From the NCBI GenBank assembly GCA_001643675.2, contig LSRY02000012.1:620001-684000 (forward strand): a DNA stretch of 64,000 bases, written 5' to 3'. The notes below the pieces were generated by a model, which saw only the letters and a program-made list of their open reading frames with translations, searched no databases and had not been told where the DNA came from. This DNA comes from Monocercomonoides exilis PA203 (Eukaryota; Protista; Preaxostyla). A program made the position numbers and the translations under genes. This document shows positions 13,565 to 24,988 of the stretch, piece after piece. Each line of letters starts with the position of its first letter. The stretch's first letter is position 1.

Positions 13565-15683
13565 CCTGGTCAGGCACATCCAGCACGACAAAGGGCACTT
13601 CTGCATCAGGCGCTGCGATGTGATAGTGCAGCATAATCTCCGCCACCCGCTCTGCGAGCACGCTGCGGTCAGCCAGCGTAGCTTGACATTGGTTTCCAAC
13701 AACAACAACAGCTGTGGGGATGGCTGACTGCAGACACAGGCGGATCAGAAGATCCATGTTGCTTTCGGCAACTGGAACAGTCTCTGTTCTGGTTTCTGTT
13801 ATTCCTTCTGTTATTCCCTCTGTTCTGTCATCTACTCTTCCCAGTGCAGGCCCCAGAATGCCATTGCGCACAAAGAACAAGACAGGCGAAGCAGAGCACA
13901 GTCTGATAGTGTCTGAGCGTATGTCAAAAGCAGAGAAGACGTCTTCCACAGAAGGGGAGACAGTGAGAATGTGCTGTCGGATGAGCGAGAGAACAGTGGA
14001 GAAGGCAGGGGCAGCATCAGCAGCAGGAGAGTCCATAGCGATTTTGTGCAGCTTTGCAGAGACGAAGTCAGGGAGTGTCTCGAGCTGCTCGAAGAACGAG
14101 CACCGCAGTGGGTCAACAACAACACAGTGGACAGACAGCAGGCGGCTCTGTGCAGCAGACGGGGGCAGCAGGAACGAGGCGGTGAGGGCGCGCTTGAAGG
14201 ACAGAGAGGAAGGGTCATCGGCAGAAAAGGAGGAGACGCCTGTGAATGTCACACACGTCGAAAGCTCCCGCAGCAGCTCGTCGACAAACAGCGGGTCGTC
14301 GTATGGCACGATCACCCACGGCGAACGGGGTGGTTGTGGCGGCTTGGAGAAGGTGCGGATGTGTGAAGGGGAGAAAAGAGAAGGGGAGAGCGGGGGTTTT
14401 GAAGATGGCAGGGCAGAGGAGGAGGAGGAGGAAGACAGATCATCTGAAAAGATAGAGGCAGAAGAAGAAGACGACGAAGACGAAGACGAAGACGACGACG
14501 ATGAATCTCCCTCGCTGTACTTCATGCGCGGTGGGAAGTTCTGGCACTTCTCCAGCAGAAAGGAGGAGATGAGCTCGACCGCCTTGTCGATCAGAGGCAG
14601 GCTGATTGAGGAAGAAGAAGAAGAAGAGAGCGACCCGCTGAAGCGCGTGATGATGCAGTGGGGCGCTATTGGGGCGTTCAACTCGATGACCTCGGGCTCT
14701 TCGATGCTGAATGTGAAGGCCCCCATAGATGACTTCTGCGGAGTGATGATGTGTTTCGTAGGGGATGTGACGCCTGATTCAGCAATGAGTCTTCGCTTGG
14801 GCGGAGATTTAACTTGTTCAATTGATGTAGCTTGCTTCATAGAAGTTTGCAGGTCTGTTGGTCTTGAAGAATCTGTAGCAGTTGTTGGGCCTTCTCTCTT
14901 TTTTGACGCTGCATTTCCGACAAAGCGAGATACGGGATCAACAATTACATCTTTTGGGCAAAGTGGAATGATACTTCTTATATTTTGGGATGTAAATTCA
15001 TCAATTATGTTAATCTTTTCTCCAAAGCAAGTTATCTGAAATATGCATCCACCTACAGAAGCGCCTGAGGGAATGCTCTTCACAAAAAGATTCGGTAAAA
15101 CTTCTTTCACTTCGTTGAAGGACAATGCAACAATACGCGAAATTGTTTTTTTCAGCTCTTCTCTAAAAAACAACGGCTCCGAAGTTTGTTCCAAAGCTGC
15201 ACGTGCATTCTGTTGCGTGTTAGGTTCTGAAAGCTCTGGGAAGAGTGAAAGCAGAGAATTACAATTCGAAAATTTGCTTATTGTATTTAAAAGTGATGAA
15301 GAAATTGTTTTTGTCTTATTTTTTTGTTCTTCAAATTCTGATGCATGTTTTTTCCCCAAGTTTAATGAAGGAAGTGATGATAATTTTTGTATATCAAAGA
15401 ATAAGGACAGTAAAGTATCGTTTAAAAAAAAACGAGTTGGGAGTGATGAAAGGACAATGCCATCAAAAGAAGTTCGGTTTAAAATTAACGGAATTGCTTG
15501 GCAAAACCTGTAACTTGTTAATAATATTAAGTCAACATTTGCAAAATCAATGGTTTGGTATTCATTTGTAAATTGAGATACAAATGGCAATGACGTTGTT
15601 TCAACGAATGAAAATGTATTCACCAGAATTTTATATCCTCGTATAGTAATTATTGAAGTATGAGGAGATAAATTTGTGATCAT
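13560..15683 (-). CDS. INTS9: Integrator subunit 9-like MBL/beta-CASP pseudonuclease, single exon, C-terminally short
   Basis: IDFANVDLILLTSYRFCQAIPLILNRTSFDGIVLSSLPT and ISRIVALSFNE...SIPSGASVGGCIFQI match INTS9 (IDLSTVDVILISNY...ALPYITEHTGFTG; PLSSGYALGSSNW); no HxHxDH; ATG at 15683. Confidence 0.75.
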   Translation of the reverse strand: MITNLSPHTSIITIRGYKILVNTFSFVETTSLPFVSQFTNEYQTIDFANVDLILLTSYRFCQAIPLILNRTSFDGIVLSSLPTRFFLNDTLLSLFFDIQKLSSLPSLNLGKKHASEFEEQKNKTKTISSSLLNTISKFSNCNSLLSLFPELSEPNTQQNARAALEQTSEPLFFREELKKTISRIVALSFNEVKEVLPNLFVKSIPSGASVGGCIFQITCFGEKINIIDEFTSQNIRSIIPLCPKDVIVDPVSRFVGNAASKKREGPTTATDSSRPTDLQTSMKQATSIEQVKSPPKRRLIAESGVTSPTKHIITPQKSSMGAFTFSIEEPEVIELNAPIAPHCIITRFSGSLSSSSSSSISLPLIDKAVELISSFLLEKCQNFPPRMKYSEGDSSSSSSSSSSSSSSSASIFSDDLSSSSSSSALPSSKPPLSPSLFSPSHIRTFSKPPQPPRSPWVIVPYDDPLFVDELLRELSTCVTFTGVSSFSADDPSSLSFKRALTASFLLPPSAAQSRLLSVHCVVVDPLRCSFFEQLETLPDFVSAKLHKIAMDSPAADAAPAFSTVLSLIRQHILTVSPSVEDVFSAFDIRSDTIRLCSASPVLFFVRNGILGPALGRVDDRTEGITEGITETRTETVPVAESNMDLLIRLCLQSAIPTAVVVVGNQCQATLADRSVLAERVAEIMLHYHIAAPDAEVPFVVLDVPDQD

Positions 15684-16293
15684 TATTTTCAAAAATTAGC
15701 AAATAAATATGATCATAATTTTGTCTAGCCATAACAATAATCATTTTTTATTTCTCATTTTTGCAAAAATTTTATTCATCGATAATTGCAATAATAATAA
15801 AACCAATGGAATGTTATATTCTCAATATCACGTGTGCAGATTCATTATAATCTGTTTAACTGATTAACAAACGCTAGCAATGCTTTCTTCTTTTTGTTGT
15901 TGATAAATACCAGGAAAATATTATTAAATCTCAAATGAAGGGATTCAACTTGAAAGCATTCGATATATAATTATTATTAATTAGAGCAAAATTTTCTCAA
16001 GAAATATGTGTGAAACAACAAAAACTATTTTGTAACTGATTTTTCTAAAAAAATAAGCAACATACTCGAATATAAAAACTCACTGAAATGCTTGAAAAAT
16101 AAAGAGAAATCACATAAAGAAACATTCATGGAAAAACAAATTACGATCACGAAAATTTCGAATTAAAGAATGAACCTAATATTTGTAATTTCCAAAAATT
16201 CTATTATGCAAGCAAAAAATCAGTTTGACATTTTGTTCAAATTTTCATCCTTTAATTATATCTCCCGCAAATTTTGATAGTAGCATTGAGATA

Positions 16294-18502
16294 ATGACAG
16301 AAAATACAACCTCCAATATTTCATCTGGATCTCGTTCTATTGAAATGGTGCCATCAACAGAAGAAAAGAATTTTAAAGTTGAAGCGAAAACCAAAAACAC
16401 CGACGCTTGGGCTGCATTTGTTTGCTTTGTTGGTGGAGGTACATTTGGATCTGCAATCGGAGTTATATCTGGCGTTTTGGGAGGTAAGTGTTGTATCCAT
16501 AATTTATATCCAATTCAATTTTTTTCAGAACCTCACTGGGCTCAGTTTTCATCGGATGAATCATCTGTATTTGCTTCTTCGTTGCTTTATGGGGTCGTTC
16601 TTGGGTTTGAAAGGAACTTAGTTATTGTTATTTAAGAATTGTGTGGTTTTTAGAAATCTTATTTCATCTCCGTTGACAAACACCTTTGGGAGAAAGAAAA
16701 TGCTCTTAATTGCTTCTTTAATTTCGTTCGTATTCAGTTTAATTATGGCCTTCATGTCCAACATTTATGCGATGATTGTGATAAGAGCGCTAAATGGACT
16801 TGGTTTTGGAATGATTGCAGCCATAACGCCTCTTTATTCATCAGAGCTAGCTTCAGATAAAAGGAGAGGACTATTGGTTGGATTGTTTCAGGGATTTACT
16901 GCAACTGGAATTGTTGTTGGATATGTGCTAAATATTATATTCTGCAAAGTCAACGACGGGTGGCAGTATGGATAAATATTTTTTCTTGTTTGTTATCGTT
17001 ATAATGCTAATGTCTCGCCTTTGCTTTTGAATGACATTTTGTTAGTTATGAGCTTGGCATAAATTCTCTGTTTCCACTATTAATTGCAGTTGGGTCGATT
17101 TTAATGCCAGAATCTCCAATCTGGGAAAACAATAAGAAGGAAGAAAAAGCAAAATTGGATGCATTAGCTTCTTCTGGTGCCTCGGCAGTTCCGAAGTTGT
17201 CAGTGGGACAAGTCGCAAAGCATTATTTGAAAGTGTTCAAAAAGCATCCTCGTGGGATTATTGTTGCAATATTTTTTGCTCTGTCCTATCAGTTTACTGG
17301 AGGAAACATTTTAATGTATTATGCACCAAGCTTATTGTCTCAAGCAGGAGTGCAAACAAGAATACTGTCACTTGGGTTAACAATTGTCATTGGTGCATGG
17401 AACGCCATTTGCTGTCTGGCGCCTTTGGTTATTGTGTGATTCTATTGTTCTTTGTTGTTTCAATATAACTTATTTATTTATTTGCTTTTGTGTTATCAAA
17501 TCTATCTTTTATTCTTCAAATTTCTTTCCAATTTTTAAGGTTGATCGTTTTGGAAGAAGAGCATTGCTTATCATTGGTTCTGCCATCCAGGTTGTTGGAA
17601 TGTTGTTGGTTGCAATAAGCTACACTGTTAAAACTCTTGGTGAATATTCTTTTGCATTAGCTCTTCCTGGTTTGTTATGGCGATGATGTTTTGAAATAAT
17701 AATTGATTTGAAATGAAAAAAACAATGAAGTTTCTTTTTGAATTACAACTTTTATATCGACGTTTATTTGAAGAATTGCTCAAAGTGTTTTATTTTGTTT
17801 TTTGATTTCATATTAATCATCTTCTTTAATAAATGTGTTTTATTTGTTATTTTCAATAAATATGATTTTTTTTTTTAATTATTCTTAACTTCTCACATAG
17901 GCATTCTTGTGTTCTTGACCGGAATAGAAATTGGCCTTGCTCCTTTGTTTTTTGTCATTATCAATGAAATATTCCCACCTTCGATAACAGCCATGGCTTC
18001 ATCAATATCTCAATGCCTCATGTGGCTTGGTAATATTGTGATTTTGCTTATTTTCCAGCCAATTGCCAATGGAATGACAATGGGAGGCTTTTTCTTCCTT
18101 CTGATGGGTATTTGTGTGCTGCAGCTGCTCTTCTGTATTTTTGTATTGCGTGAAACAAAAGGAAAGCGAATTTCAGATGATGACGATGATGATTTAGAAG
18201 CGGGTTCAGAATTGAGGAAGAAAAGTGTCAAACAACAGGCAGATAATCAGGGAGTCACAGAAAATGGGAAGATAGAAATGGGAAGGAGAAGCGATGTTCC
18301 AGTGGTTGAAATGGTTGCAACAAACGAAAAAGAGCAGAATGAGCTTGTTGGACAATCACAAAGAGTGAATGAAAGTGAAGATGGGAACAGTGTGCGTAGG
18401 ATGGGAAATATGGAAGATGTGGTTCAAGTGAAACGTGTTGAAGGAGTAATTGAAGAAAATGAATCAGAACAAATTTCGGTGAAAGAGAAGAAGGAACTTT
18501 AG
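16294..18502 (+). CDS. MFS sugar porter family transporter (about 6 exons)
   Basis: FGRKK loop, YSSELA..KRRG, MPESP, QFTGGNILMYYAP, DRFGRR, NEIFP, LRETKGK. Confidence 0.93.
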
Positions 18503-19918
18503 AGATCGAGATGAAGATGGAGGAATGATATGATTCAATACGAGGAAAGTCCAATTGTTGTTAAAGGGAAGGGAGCATATGAAGTGTAAATAAAAGCAGG
18601 GATTGCAAACAATGTGATGTGTATTTTCATTGTTGTTGAATGTAAAGTTATTGTATGTATATGAAGCATGATGCTCTAGCCTTTCAGTTTTTCAATGTCT
18701 GTTTAGTGCTTTGCAAGGAGATGTCCAAAAGGAAGTTAAGCTCATTTGTGCCCTTTCTGATTTCCGAATGGATTCTGCTTGTTGAGCTTTAAAAGATATC
18801 AGAACTTTCCTTTTTTTCGTTCTTATATAATCAAATGCAGAAAGAAAGAGCATGTTACAACTTCTATTTGAAAAAGGAGTGATTCTTTCGTTTTATTTTA
18901 TGTTGTATTGCTTTCCCTTGAATTGAAAGTGGATCTCTTTTGCTCACCGTTTTTCCTCGTAATGCTGGTTCAGATTAAATTTTTAAATGTCAACTCTGAT
19001 TATTTTTTGATAATTTTTAGGTTTAACTATATGTTTGATTACATTTTTATTTATCATTTAAGTTTATGACTGTAATATTGGATTTTTGATAATGCATGTG
19101 TTAGTCGGTTAAAAATTATTATGTTTCAATTTTTGTTGCTGTATGTATGTTAATGTTTATGGAATTGTATGTATCACTTTTTGTTTATATTAACTGTAAT
19201 ATTATTCCTTTGTTATTGTTTCATTTTCTTTTTTCAGTGTTTTTGTCACATACCCTGAAGTCAGTGAGTGAATAGATTTATCCTTTCATTCATCGAGTGG
19301 ATATCTTTTTCTCATTGAGTATTTTTGTTAATGTTTCAGTTTTAGGCGCTTTATATTTTTTTCATCGAGTTTCGGGGTTCTGTTTTCTCATTTTTTATTT
19401 CCAGGAATTTTCATGTATCTATTCAGGTAAGAAGAATATAATTTTGTTTTTATGATTACTTATTTTGTCTTCTCTTTTATTTCAATATGTTGACATGTTA
19501 CCATTTCGTATCCACAACTCATTGTTATATGATTCTTCTGAATAAAAGGCTACAAACAAATCAAAATTAATACAATTTGTTATTCTTTTAAGTACTAAAC
19601 GAACATTTTCAAACGAAATTTCGAACTCGCAAAATAAATTATTTCTATCGTCTCTCTAATTACTTTGCAGATTGACTTTTTAAATTGATGCTTTTTAAGT
19701 ATTATTTTAATAAAAGAACCCAAATAAAAAAAGCAAAAATCATTTTCATTCATTTGCCTTTAAACCGGCAGAACTCTTATTATATTCAATAAAAATGCAA
19801 AAAAATTAAAAGGTAAATTTTAAAATTATGATTATAAGAAAAAAAAACATCAACAGTAAACATTCACATACATAACTAGTTGAGTATTATCCTCAAGATA
19901 ATTTTACATAAAAAGCAA

Positions 19919-21724
19919 TTACTTTCCTTGATAGTACACATCAACCAATTTTGAACGTGACCCTCCTCCAGAATGGTGCCAGAAAGTCGTTGAGTGCTTG
20001 CTGCCCCATCCCCATGTAATCTTAACCTTTGTTTTGAATCCACGCCACTTAATCTTGACCTTCAACTTTGTTCTAAGTTGCCAGTAACCAATAAATCTTG
20101 CATCATATGGCTCATGGTTTGCATACATATAGAATCCAACTCTGCATTGATTTCCATCAATGTAAGCTGTTGGATCAAAGTGTTCAGCAACCGTTCCTGA
20201 CAATTCAATACCTGCTTTTGCAAGAACAACCGAAGCAGAAGCACCTCCATGAACAGTAGCTGCTCCACGTGGAATAAGCTGAACAGATGCTGTTAACTGT
20301 TGGGCACATAAAGAATAATGCAAATCAGCAGAAAGTTGGAAAGTGAGTCCAACACTGAAAGTTATTTTCACAATGTAGACCATAATGAAATATGAGAATG
20401 AAATGTCTTTGCTTTTTGATGCCAAATTGATTGTACGATCAACACAATCAAGCCATGGGAATGATTTGCTGTAAATTGGTAATCCAAATAATTTCAATTC
20501 AACTCCATTGCGAGTTGGAGATCCTCCAATTTGTCCATATTCTGCATATGCAGAAGCAGCAGAGTATGTTTTTCCGAGAACGAGCACATCAATATTTGCA
20601 TAACTTCCTGCAATATAATTTCTCAGTTCAGGCTTGCATCCCTTTGAAATTGCTGCAACGGCACTAGCTGACATTCTCAGACCCAAATTTTTGTTTCCAA
20701 GAGTAAACGACTTATCGAATCCTTTGCAAACATCAGTTTGAGAAGGGCAGGCCATTTTCCCATCGGTGATGTCGTCATCTTCAAGATCTTCTTCTTCTTC
20801 TGGATGCTCACGATCTTCATAGAATGAAGGAGTCAGATACTCAACATATTTATAATTTGTATTAGCTTGAAGGAAAGCTTCAGGTGATTCATAATTAAAG
20901 TCAACTTCCTCGGAATTACCCATTCGTAAGTTAAACAGATTTGCTGTTCCTTCACCATAGATAACAGCAGCTTCATCGTTTGAACCGTAATATTGTTTGT
21001 TCAAATTAACGCTTGTTTGTGATGTTGATGTTGCAACTTTTCCATTGAGGATACGTACGTTTGAGCTTGCATCCAAAGCAATATCCTTTACAGATAATTT
21101 GCTATCAAGAAACTCGATGAAATCTTCCTCTGTGTAGTGAGTGTTAATTTCAACATAGTCATCTTCAACTTCAACCGATGAATATTGAAGATGCATTCCC
21201 TGAGGAGATATTACGCTAACAGCTTCATAATCAGAATTAGATTTTGTTTGAGTATTTGTTTGAAGAGCGTAGGCAATTCCAACTTTCAGTTCAACTTGAT
21301 CAGGTTCATCATCCTCACTGACAATTACGCCTGTAATTGTCCCATCTGGTCTGTGTGTGAAATACAAGGGATCGGAAAAGTCCTAAAAAACAAAAAATGA
21401 AAATCAATCTCTCTTTCTGTCTTTATTGAAAGAATTTCAAACCTCTTGAACATCTGGATCGGATAGCATTGCTCCTGAATCAACAGAATTTCCTGTTGAT
21501 CCTCTAACGTTACTGACTGTCATTTCCATATACGCTCCTTGCGAATCAACTTTCAGAACTTTGAACTTCACGTCACAAGAAAGTGACATTTGTGTGGATT
21601 CTTCTTCATTGGCCGATTGCACTGCCAAAGTTTTAGTTACAGTATTATAACTGTAGCCAAAGGTTTCGCCAACCCTGTAATTTAATGCAAAGATCGACGA
21701 AAAAGTTAAAAGAAAAAACAACAT
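19919..21724 (-). CDS. Secreted protein with vitellogenin/MTP-like N-terminal beta-barrel and beta-rich C-terminal domain (exons 21724-21443, 21382-19919)
   Basis: Signal peptide MLFFLLTFSSIFA; LNYRVGETFGYSY, FSDPLYFTHRPDGTITGV, ELKVGIAYALQ resemble the LLTP N-sheet; a 60-nt phase-0 GT-AG intron joins the two ORFs. Confidence 0.65.
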
Positions 21725-22430
21725 GATTGTTGTTCGATGATCCTAAACATAATTATAATAAATTTTCTTTCGACTAATGGTAAATAACCATATTTAAAAT
21801 ATTTTACCGATTTTTCCGAACGTGTCTTCCATATTGTTTCAAATCATTTTCTTGCTTGTTTTTTAATTCAATTTTTAATGAACATGTTTCAATTGACATC
21901 ATTTATTCCATACAAATTTTGATTGTATTTTCATCAAAATATTGTCTTTTGAAAAAAGCATTCAATGAAAGAAATGCAAAGTGATTCAATCAAATTTTAG
22001 AAATTGTCTTTAGCTTTTGGAGGAAAAGTGGATTGAGAAGGAACAAACCATTTGTTCTCTTTTTCGAAACAACAAATTTTCAAGGTCGGACTTGGTGTTA
22101 GTTTTTTTTATCCAATTTATGATGTTCCAAAGATACTCATGAATATATTCAAACAATTATGAAACAATGAATTATTTCTCTTCATGAAAAAAAGCAATTA
22201 TTAGCATTGTCGCGATTGTTCAGACTGGAAAAACAGGATGCATTCTCACATGAAATTAAGTTATCAAAATCCACAAATAAATTATAATTCATAAATATTC
22301 AAAAAATTCAATTGAAACTTGAAAAACAAATTTTTACAATAATTTTACAAATTGAAAAGAAAAAGAAACTCGTATTCCTGACTGAAAAAAAAAATAAAGA
22401 TATTCGCTATTTAAAAGCGGGTAAAAACTC

Positions 22431-24323
22431 TTATTTAGCATTTTCTCCAACTGTCACATCCGCTGGTAATTTAGTCGATGAGAACATTGGATCGTAGGAC
22501 GCTGATGCAGATTGGCCTGCTGAAGAGGATTGCGGATAGGAAGTGTACGGATTTGCGGTATTTGCTGGCTGGTAGAGAGGTTGTTGCCCCATTTGGTACC
22601 CTGGCGCCGCATACACAGCCACCTGAGTCGGCCCAACAACTGGCGCAGGAGCAGCCATATAAGTCGAAGATGCCTTTGGCTTTCGCAATGCAATGCAGCA
22701 GCCACAGCAGCAGCAGCAAATGATGATAATAATCGGAACAAGCAACACAAGAACAACACCCACAACAATCACTGCAATGACCCATGCTTCCATCTTCTGA
22801 ACAGCCAGGAAATCATCCTTTGAGCCAAGTCCTTCAATATATATGCGTGGAGAAGAGCTTGAGGAGACGCAAGAAGTCCATTCAGACGAAGAAAATGTGC
22901 TTGACCATTCTCTTTCTGCGTGGAGATCATTTCCGATCGTACTAGAAGAAGCTGCCTTGTTATCCGTAAACACAACACTCATGAATGTCAACTTTCGAAT
23001 TGGTTTTGAAACATGGTTTGAACTAAAATACATTGCACCACCTTTCTCGTTGGATTCACAATGCGAAAATGTTACTGAAGTAACCCTCATATCGGTCGTC
23101 AGAGTAAACACAAAAATTCCACCTCCACAGCCATCGTTGTTAGTTGCTGAGTCTGATGAAAAGACATTAGAGCTAAGCGTGCATTCACTTATTGTTGAAT
23201 AGATGGCTAAGCCACCTCCTCCTATCTTTGCCTTGCAGTCCGATATGTTGTTAGAAGAAAGTGTTACTGATCCATTGATGACAACACCTCCTCCGTATGT
23301 TGTTGCGTGGCAATTCTTAATAGATGAACTATATATTCTCAGTTCACCAAACGCATCAGATCCTGCAAATATTGCACCTCCTGCACCGTTAGATGCATTA
23401 CAATTTTCAAAACGACAAGATGACACATTTAAAGCGTTATTGGACAGCATGTGAATAGCACCTCCATGTGTTTTTGATACGCAATCAGTAAATTGATCAG
23501 AAGCATACGCAGCATTGCTTCTGTGCTCTCTTGTTTCATGATATATTGCGGTAGTTAATTTGAAATAAGTGTTATTAAAAGAATTTAGCTTTGAGCTTAA
23601 CATTCCCATTGTAACAGTTCCATACAACACATTTATGGAAGATGAAAAATGATTTCCTTCGACAATCGTTTTCTGATTTTCTTTTGAATAAACTTTTCTC
23701 TCAAAGGGTGTTGAATCCGTAATGTTAGAAAACTCGCAATTTGATAAAATTAATAAATCGATATTAGAATGCCCAAACAGCGGATGATAACTTCTAACAT
23801 TAAGCGAGCATAAAGCTGAATCTGTCAATGATGCGCTTCCAAATTTTGAACTGCAATTAATCAGAGATGGAACATCCTTAACCATATTTGTATCCAGCGA
23901 GATATTCTTTAAGTGAATAAACCCTCCATCGACAAAAAACGGAGACAAAGGTAAATTTGGCACAGAAATTAAGCATCGATCTAAAATTGCACTTGAAAGT
24001 TCATCAACTTTTATGTAATAGAGTCCTTCCTTCAAAAGATCCAAAGCCATTGAAACAACATTTATTGTTGAATTCCGAAGATTGAAAAGTGATTCAATAG
24101 AACTTCCTTCCGAAAGGATAATCTTTGCATCGGTTCCTTTAATAGTTGTCTTTGTATTCGAGATTTCCGTTCCGAAAGAATGATAAATTCCTTTGTCTAG
24201 TTTAATGTTTTTATTTGCATTTGATAATGACTCATCAATAATCTTGTTAAAATCCCTATCAAGCGAAAGGTATTCATCAAATGCATGCGCCCATATAAAT
24301 AAAGAAAATATTAAAAATTGCAT
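22431..24323 (-). CDS. Type I membrane protein with PMP-like/pectin-lyase beta-helix repeats, TM, Cys string and P/Y/Q-rich tail
   Basis: Signal peptide; repeated FxxCxA..GGA(I/V/M); TM WVIAVIVVGVVLVLLVPIIIIIC followed by CCCCGCC. Confidence 0.85.
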   Translation of the reverse strand: MQFLIFSLFIWAHAFDEYLSLDRDFNKIIDESLSNANKNIKLDKGIYHSFGTEISNTKTTIKGTDAKIILSEGSSIESLFNLRNSTINVVSMALDLLKEGLYYIKVDELSSAILDRCLISVPNLPLSPFFVDGGFIHLKNISLDTNMVKDVPSLINCSSKFGSASLTDSALCSLNVRSYHPLFGHSNIDLLILSNCEFSNITDSTPFERKVYSKENQKTIVEGNHFSSSINVLYGTVTMGMLSSKLNSFNNTYFKLTTAIYHETREHRSNAAYASDQFTDCVSKTHGGAIHMLSNNALNVSSCRFENCNASNGAGGAIFAGSDAFGELRIYSSSIKNCHATTYGGGVVINGSVTLSSNNISDCKAKIGGGGLAIYSTISECTLSSNVFSSDSATNNDGCGGGIFVFTLTTDMRVTSVTFSHCESNEKGGAMYFSSNHVSKPIRKLTFMSVVFTDNKAASSSTIGNDLHAEREWSSTFSSSEWTSCVSSSSSPRIYIEGLGSKDDFLAVQKMEAWVIAVIVVGVVLVLLVPIIIIICCCCCGCCIALRKPKASSTYMAAPAPVVGPTQVAVYAAPGYQMGQQPLYQPANTANPYTSYPQSSSAGQSASASYDPMFSSTKLPADVTVGENAK

Positions 24324-24988
24324 CGAATATGCTCCCAAATGATTTAATAAAGTATGATCTTCACCCTTACTTATCTGAAAAAAGCATTTTCAAATTGATC
24401 AACCAAAAAATTATCATGTAAGTGATTATGGGAAAAATCGATAAGCGTTTCAATGAACTTCTTTTAATCTTAAAGAAAGATCTTTGTTTGTATAGATATT
24501 TTTTGAAAAAGAATAGCCCCAAAACTCTTTTGAAAGACATGAAATGATTTATTAATAAATTTCCCAAACATTAAAAAAATGAACTTAAATTCCAGTTCAA
24601 GCTGTCAATTTCATGGAATAAAAAAAAAAATTTTTTTTTAATCAACCCAAATCCAATAAGCAAGTCACTTGTTCCAAGTGGAGAATGAGAAATAATATGT
24701 TTTCTTAAATTTCAAAAAATGAAAAGATAATCTTGAATTGAATTATTAAAACGATAATTCATTAATAAATTTCCACTATTATTTGAATCATAATTCATGC
24801 AAATAATCGGTGGTGGACATAAAACATTTACAAAAATGATGTTTCCTTCGACGAAATGGAAAAAAATAAATTGAAAAAAAAAATCATAATATATCAAAAT
24901 AAACGTTCTAAAAAAACCTACAAAAATAAAAAACTTATATGAAATAATGAAATGAAAAATGCTTCATTTCCTATAATAAAATACAATT

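Noticed and set aside
13714-15039. 441-aa plus-strand ORF (and similar antisense ORFs at 1381, 3028, 35220, 35428, 38572)
   Set aside because: Shadow frames of GC-richer, low-complexity coding sequence on the opposite strand
19230-19432. Splice-like signals (TTTCAG, CCAG...CAGGTAAG) suggesting micro-exons
   Set aside because: No coherent reading frame or homology could be built; such motifs are common in T-rich DNA
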